A stretch of DNA of 63,679 bases, filler included. It is 5 parts of 5 records of this genome, joined end to end, with 100 filler letters (N's around TTAATTAATTAA, not from the genome) between each part and the next. Parts side by side here need not be neighbours in the genome. Positions count along the whole stretch, not along the records: positions 58,641 to 63,679 come from SRR2962707_1618; 4 more parts are not named here. One strand, 5' to 3'. Position numbers and translations under genes: made by a program. The notes beneath the pieces were generated by a model that saw only the letters and a program-made list of their open reading frames with translations, had not been told where the DNA came from and did not search any database. Below, piece after piece: positions 61,801-63,679 of this stretch; the first letter of the stretch is position 1; each line of letters begins with the position of its first letter.

Positions 61801-62777
61801 CAGTTCGCAGCTGGGCTGTTCATGCTCACAGAGATCTTTTCGGGTGGTGGCAATGCATAGTTGGAGAAAAAGAAAAAGCGAGAGAAAGACAAACTGATTC
61901 TCGCCACTCAAGAACGCGCACGCCGAGAGAAAGAAAAAGAAGAGAAAGCCCGCAAGGCGGCGCGTGAGGCGGCAGAAGCCAAGCGAAAAGCTCTTCTGCA
62001 GGTGACTGTGAATGGTTGAGCTGACACTCGTCGAGAGCATACCTGATCTATCCACAACTAAGCGCAATCCGTTCAGTGTGCGCGAATGTTTTCCACGTGC
62101 TCGTCGTGCTAGGCAAAAAAGAAGAAAGCTGCAGCTGCAAAATCCCGTGCTGAAAACGAGGTCAGTTCGTCACTGTACGTGGTCGCCAGCGTAGGTCGCA
62201 GCGCGCGTTCACAGTCTTCAATAATTGGAGCTCTGCTCTATTGGTTGATAGGCACGGAAAAAAGCTGCTGCTGAACAGGCAGCCCGTGATGCAGAAGAGG
62301 AAGAACAAGCAGCCAAAGCTGCGGCGGTGTGTGCTTTATTTCCGGCCATTGCACTTGCATTTTTCACATGTTGTGGTGATCACCGTGCTGATGCATCGAG
62401 GCCAACCACCACATCAACCAACCCCACGCAGGCCAAAAAAGCCAAGGCTGCCGCCTTGAAGGCACAACGTTTGAAAGAACAGCTGGAGAAACAACGCCTT
62501 GTCAAACAAGAGGAGGCCGCAGCACGCAAAAAGGAAAAACATGATGCTCGGGTGCGTCTGATGATGTTTCATTGTGCACTTGGCCTGCAACAATGTCCGA
62601 TGTTTTGACCAAAAGTGTGCTGCACTTTCACAGATGAATCACCTGCGTGTGGCGTGGACTGCGGCACGAGAAGCACGACGGCAGCAGCTTTGGCAAATCG
62701 ACCAAAAGCGACAGGGGGACTTGAGGGCATTTCTTTCGGCCGCGTTGGAAGAGCGATTTGATGTGGATTTCTCATAA
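58832..62777 (+). CDS. Eukaryotic 8-exon gene, ~1,090 aa: RCC1-repeat beta-propeller plus long E/K/R/A-rich helical tail
   Basis: Exons 58832-60352, 60442-61158, 61240-61746, 61861-62001, 62113-62160, 62252-62326, 62432-62551, 62634-62777 (3273 nt, GT-AG). RCC1 motifs VACG..HT...G.V..WG...GQLG occur repeatedly. Confidence 0.8.
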
Positions 62778-62861
62778 CTCACTGTGCTGTGCAAGGTGAA
62801 GCGCTGTGGCATACAAGTCTCGTAACGATTTACTATAAACACACTTTGAGGTAGTGCACAC

Positions 62862-63642
62862 CTAAAATCTGCCAATCCCAGCTTCTGGAGGAGACACTGT
62901 GACGCTGACCTCACTGCTTGCGTCGGTGAAATCGTCGTCGTCATCGTCCTCGGCACCACTGTGGACCTCTCGTCGCGGTCCAACAAGTGGGTCTGCTTCA
63001 TGCTGGTTCAAGACGTCGTAGACGGCACCAGCTTCCGCCGAAAGCGCGGTAGCGGCTGAAAGACTGCCCGCCGCCGTGGCGTTTTGGCGACGCTTAAGCA
63101 CAACAGGTACCAGGCTGATGACAGCTAACATCGTGAACTCAATCATAATGCGCGGCGAAACAATGTCACCTAGGTCTTTGATGGACGCCAAGGAATCACC
63201 CGCTGCTGTGGTGATCAGAATGTAAGGCATGTTGCCGCCCAATATGGTGATCGCAAATACCCCGACGGGCACTCCAACGTGGGGGCTAAAAGTGTTGATC
63301 ACGGACCCTGGTGTGAGCGGAAACAAGCGAAGCGCCAGCAGCGCCCAGAATAGCCCATTTTCCTTGCGAGCCTTGTCGACGCGGGCCCGAAAAGCGTCGA
63401 CCCTCTCTTTCGATGCGAGGTACGACAGCACTTCCTCCGACAGAAGATACTTGGAGATGTTGTACGAGAAGAAACTTCCAATGATTACCAGCACGGTGCA
63501 CAGCAGCACAGCTTCCCACCACGGGAATAGAGCCCCGGCAATCACGCACAGCGGCGTTGCGCCCGGGATGCTGAACGTTGTTTTGATCGTAAACACCAGG
63601 CTAAAAAATAGCACAGACAGCCAGTGCGCTTCACGCACATAC
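62862..63642 (-). CDS. TMEM41/VTT (DedA superfamily) membrane protein, last exon (5'-truncated)
   Basis: TFSIPG, LRLFPLTP...IN..SP.VGVP motifs; likely splice acceptor TAG at 63645-63643 after a (TG)n tract. Confidence 0.82.
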
Positions 63643-63653
63643 CTAGCATCCGG

Positions 63654-63679
63654 CACACACACACACACACACACACACA
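63654..63679. repeat. (CA)n microsatellite at window end, probably intronic
   Basis: Read directly. Confidence 0.9.

Noticed and set aside
50308-62633. Introner-type mobile introns
   Set aside because: The introns share no extended similarity or terminal repeats, only one 11-nt match (AATCCGTTCAG) compatible with chance.

Overview
This window is not one genomic locus. It is five contigs joined by identical 100-nt linkers (44 N + TTAATTAATTAA + 44 N). Contig 1 (1-7592) is alphaproteobacterial (Devosia/Pelagibacterium-like by gene content): class I lysS, an HTH-S24 repressor with a tandem operator, DUF952-pyrD, MATE, SDR, DUF6460 and a ligase-associated DEXH helicase. Contig 2 (7693-23309) is alphaproteobacterial (Parvibaculum-like): an AraC/homocysteine methyltransferase/DUF1772 module, rarD, LOG, LysM, an Atm1-like ABC exporter and psd-pssA. 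It ends in the most interesting locus: a divergent degenerate methyltransferase, an MMPL exporter, a PilZ-fused PhcB-like methyltransferase preceded by a CtrA-like box and GANTC sites, and a convergent PleC/DivJ-type kinase. This is a candidate cell-cycle/c-di-GMP-linked lipid-ester signalling system. Contig 3 (23410-48211) is Alcanivorax-like core genome (bpt-infA-clpAS-cspD-icd-rluE-nudJ-mnmA-hflD-purB-roxA, trpB2, MFS, AKR, LysR, glcB) with GTRG-type REPs. Contigs 4 (48312-58540) and 5 (58641-63679) are eukaryotic with short GT-AG introns: a ~2,900-aa multi-PDZ/WW protein, an RCC1-repeat plus charged-helix protein and a TMEM41-like gene. Taxonomic and family labels come from my recognition of motifs and gene order, not from database searches. 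I saw no tRNA, rRNA, CRISPR array or transposase.
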